A model generated the notes under the pieces. That model saw nothing but the letters and a program-made list of their open reading frames with translations. It searched no databases and was not told the origin of the DNA. From Candidatus Kerfeldbacteria bacterium (GTDB lineage: Bacteria > Patescibacteriota > Patescibacteriia > UBA10025 > JAHIVO01): DNA of 64,000 bases. Positions 63,241 through 64,000 of the stretch are shown here, piece after piece (position 1 is the stretch's first letter; each line of letters begins with the position of its first letter). Made by a program: the position numbers and the translations under genes. Location of the stretch: the NCBI GenBank assembly GCA_047946875.1, contig CP181398.1, positions 841,041 to 905,040 of the forward strand, written 5' to 3'.

Positions 63241-64000
63241 TTGAAACGGATTTTTAATAAAATTTTAGAACTAATACAAAAACTATTCCAAAGATGGACT
63301 AAGGTTAAACCAAAATCCATCAAACTGCCTACAGCTATGGCAGAACAGATTGACTTGGATAAAAAGTTAGTTTTTTCTTTAGCTAAAAAAAGATTTCCAA
63401 ATTGGAAACAGGTTCAATATCTACCTAAATATCTATCACCAAAAGAAAGGATTATTGTCCGAATTCTACTAGCAATAATTATAATTAGTCTTGGATTATT
63501 AGTAATTAGATTTTACCAAAGGCATATTATATATCTTCCCAAAGAAGGTGGTAATTATGTCGAGGCTTTAGTCGGCCAACCATCATATATTAATCCCGTC
63601 TTAGCCCAAAGTGATATTGATCGAGACATCAGCAAATTAATATACTCTGGACTTTTTAAATATAATGATGACTTAGATATTATTCCTGACCTTGCTGAAA
63701 GCTACGAAATTTCTGAAGATAAAAAAACATACACAATACACCTTAGATCCGGCATTCTCTGGCATAATGGAAATGAATTACTGGCCGATGATATTATTTA
63801 TACGTTTGGGATTATTCAAGATTCAGAATTCAATAGTCCAATTGCTACAAGTTTTTCTGGTGTAACAATCGAAAGAATTGATGATCATACAGTAACATTT
63901 TCTTTACCAAATCCTTTTGCTCCATTTTTATCCAATTTAACAGTAGGTATACTACCTGGACATATCTGGTACGATGTAGGTCCTAGTAATTTTAGATTAG
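63241..64000 (+). CDS. Family-5 ABC substrate-binding protein, N-terminal part (runs off the window edge)
   Basis: Open frame with TM then EGGNYVEALVGQPSYINP...LIYSGL...PDLAESY...WHNG. Confidence 0.85.
   Translation, partial: MKRIFNKILELIQKLFQRWTKVKPKSIKLPTAMAEQIDLDKKLVFSLAKKRFPNWKQVQYLPKYLSPKERIIVRILLAIIIISLGLLVIRFYQRHIIYLPKEGGNYVEALVGQPSYINPVLAQSDIDRDISKLIYSGLFKYNDDLDIIPDLAESYEISEDKKTYTIHLRSGILWHNGNELLADDIIYTFGIIQDSEFNSPIATSFSGVTIERIDDHTVTFSLPNPFAPFLSNLTVGILPGHIWYDVGPSNFRL

Overview
AT-rich bacterial window (standard code) whose gene content points to a Patescibacteria/CPR genome (DUF5663, secG plus family-5 SBP, AMP phosphorylase, multiple DsbA); the taxonomy is inferred. From left to right it holds: a DsbA/copper cluster; a Fur-family-led suf/sod/ferritin operon; a phytoene/squalene synthase-like gene; a cobalamin riboswitch with a DUF4430 gene; AMP phosphorylase; metal transporters; a CarH-like B12 photoreceptor; a 1527-aa surface protein; tRNA-Asn with a 226-nt group I intron and an adjacent HNH gene; rpoD-dnaG; tRNA-Ser; an accessory island; ppsA; groESL with a CIRCE; csrA; uvrA/uvrC; secG. 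The most striking signals lie in the island beside tRNA-Ser (43.1-47.4 kb). (1) Two 411-bp promoter-to-terminator units appear to encode a large multi-domain structured RNA with a constant scaffold and one variable ~36-nt segment; they flank an ArfA-like gene and sit next to a Upf1-like helicase. (2) A small GIY-YIG nuclease is preceded by duplicated tRNA-Ser 5' fragments interrupted by 29-30-nt palindromic micro-elements, and members of the same families recur, nested, elsewhere in the window. All calls were made by eye; no database searches were run.
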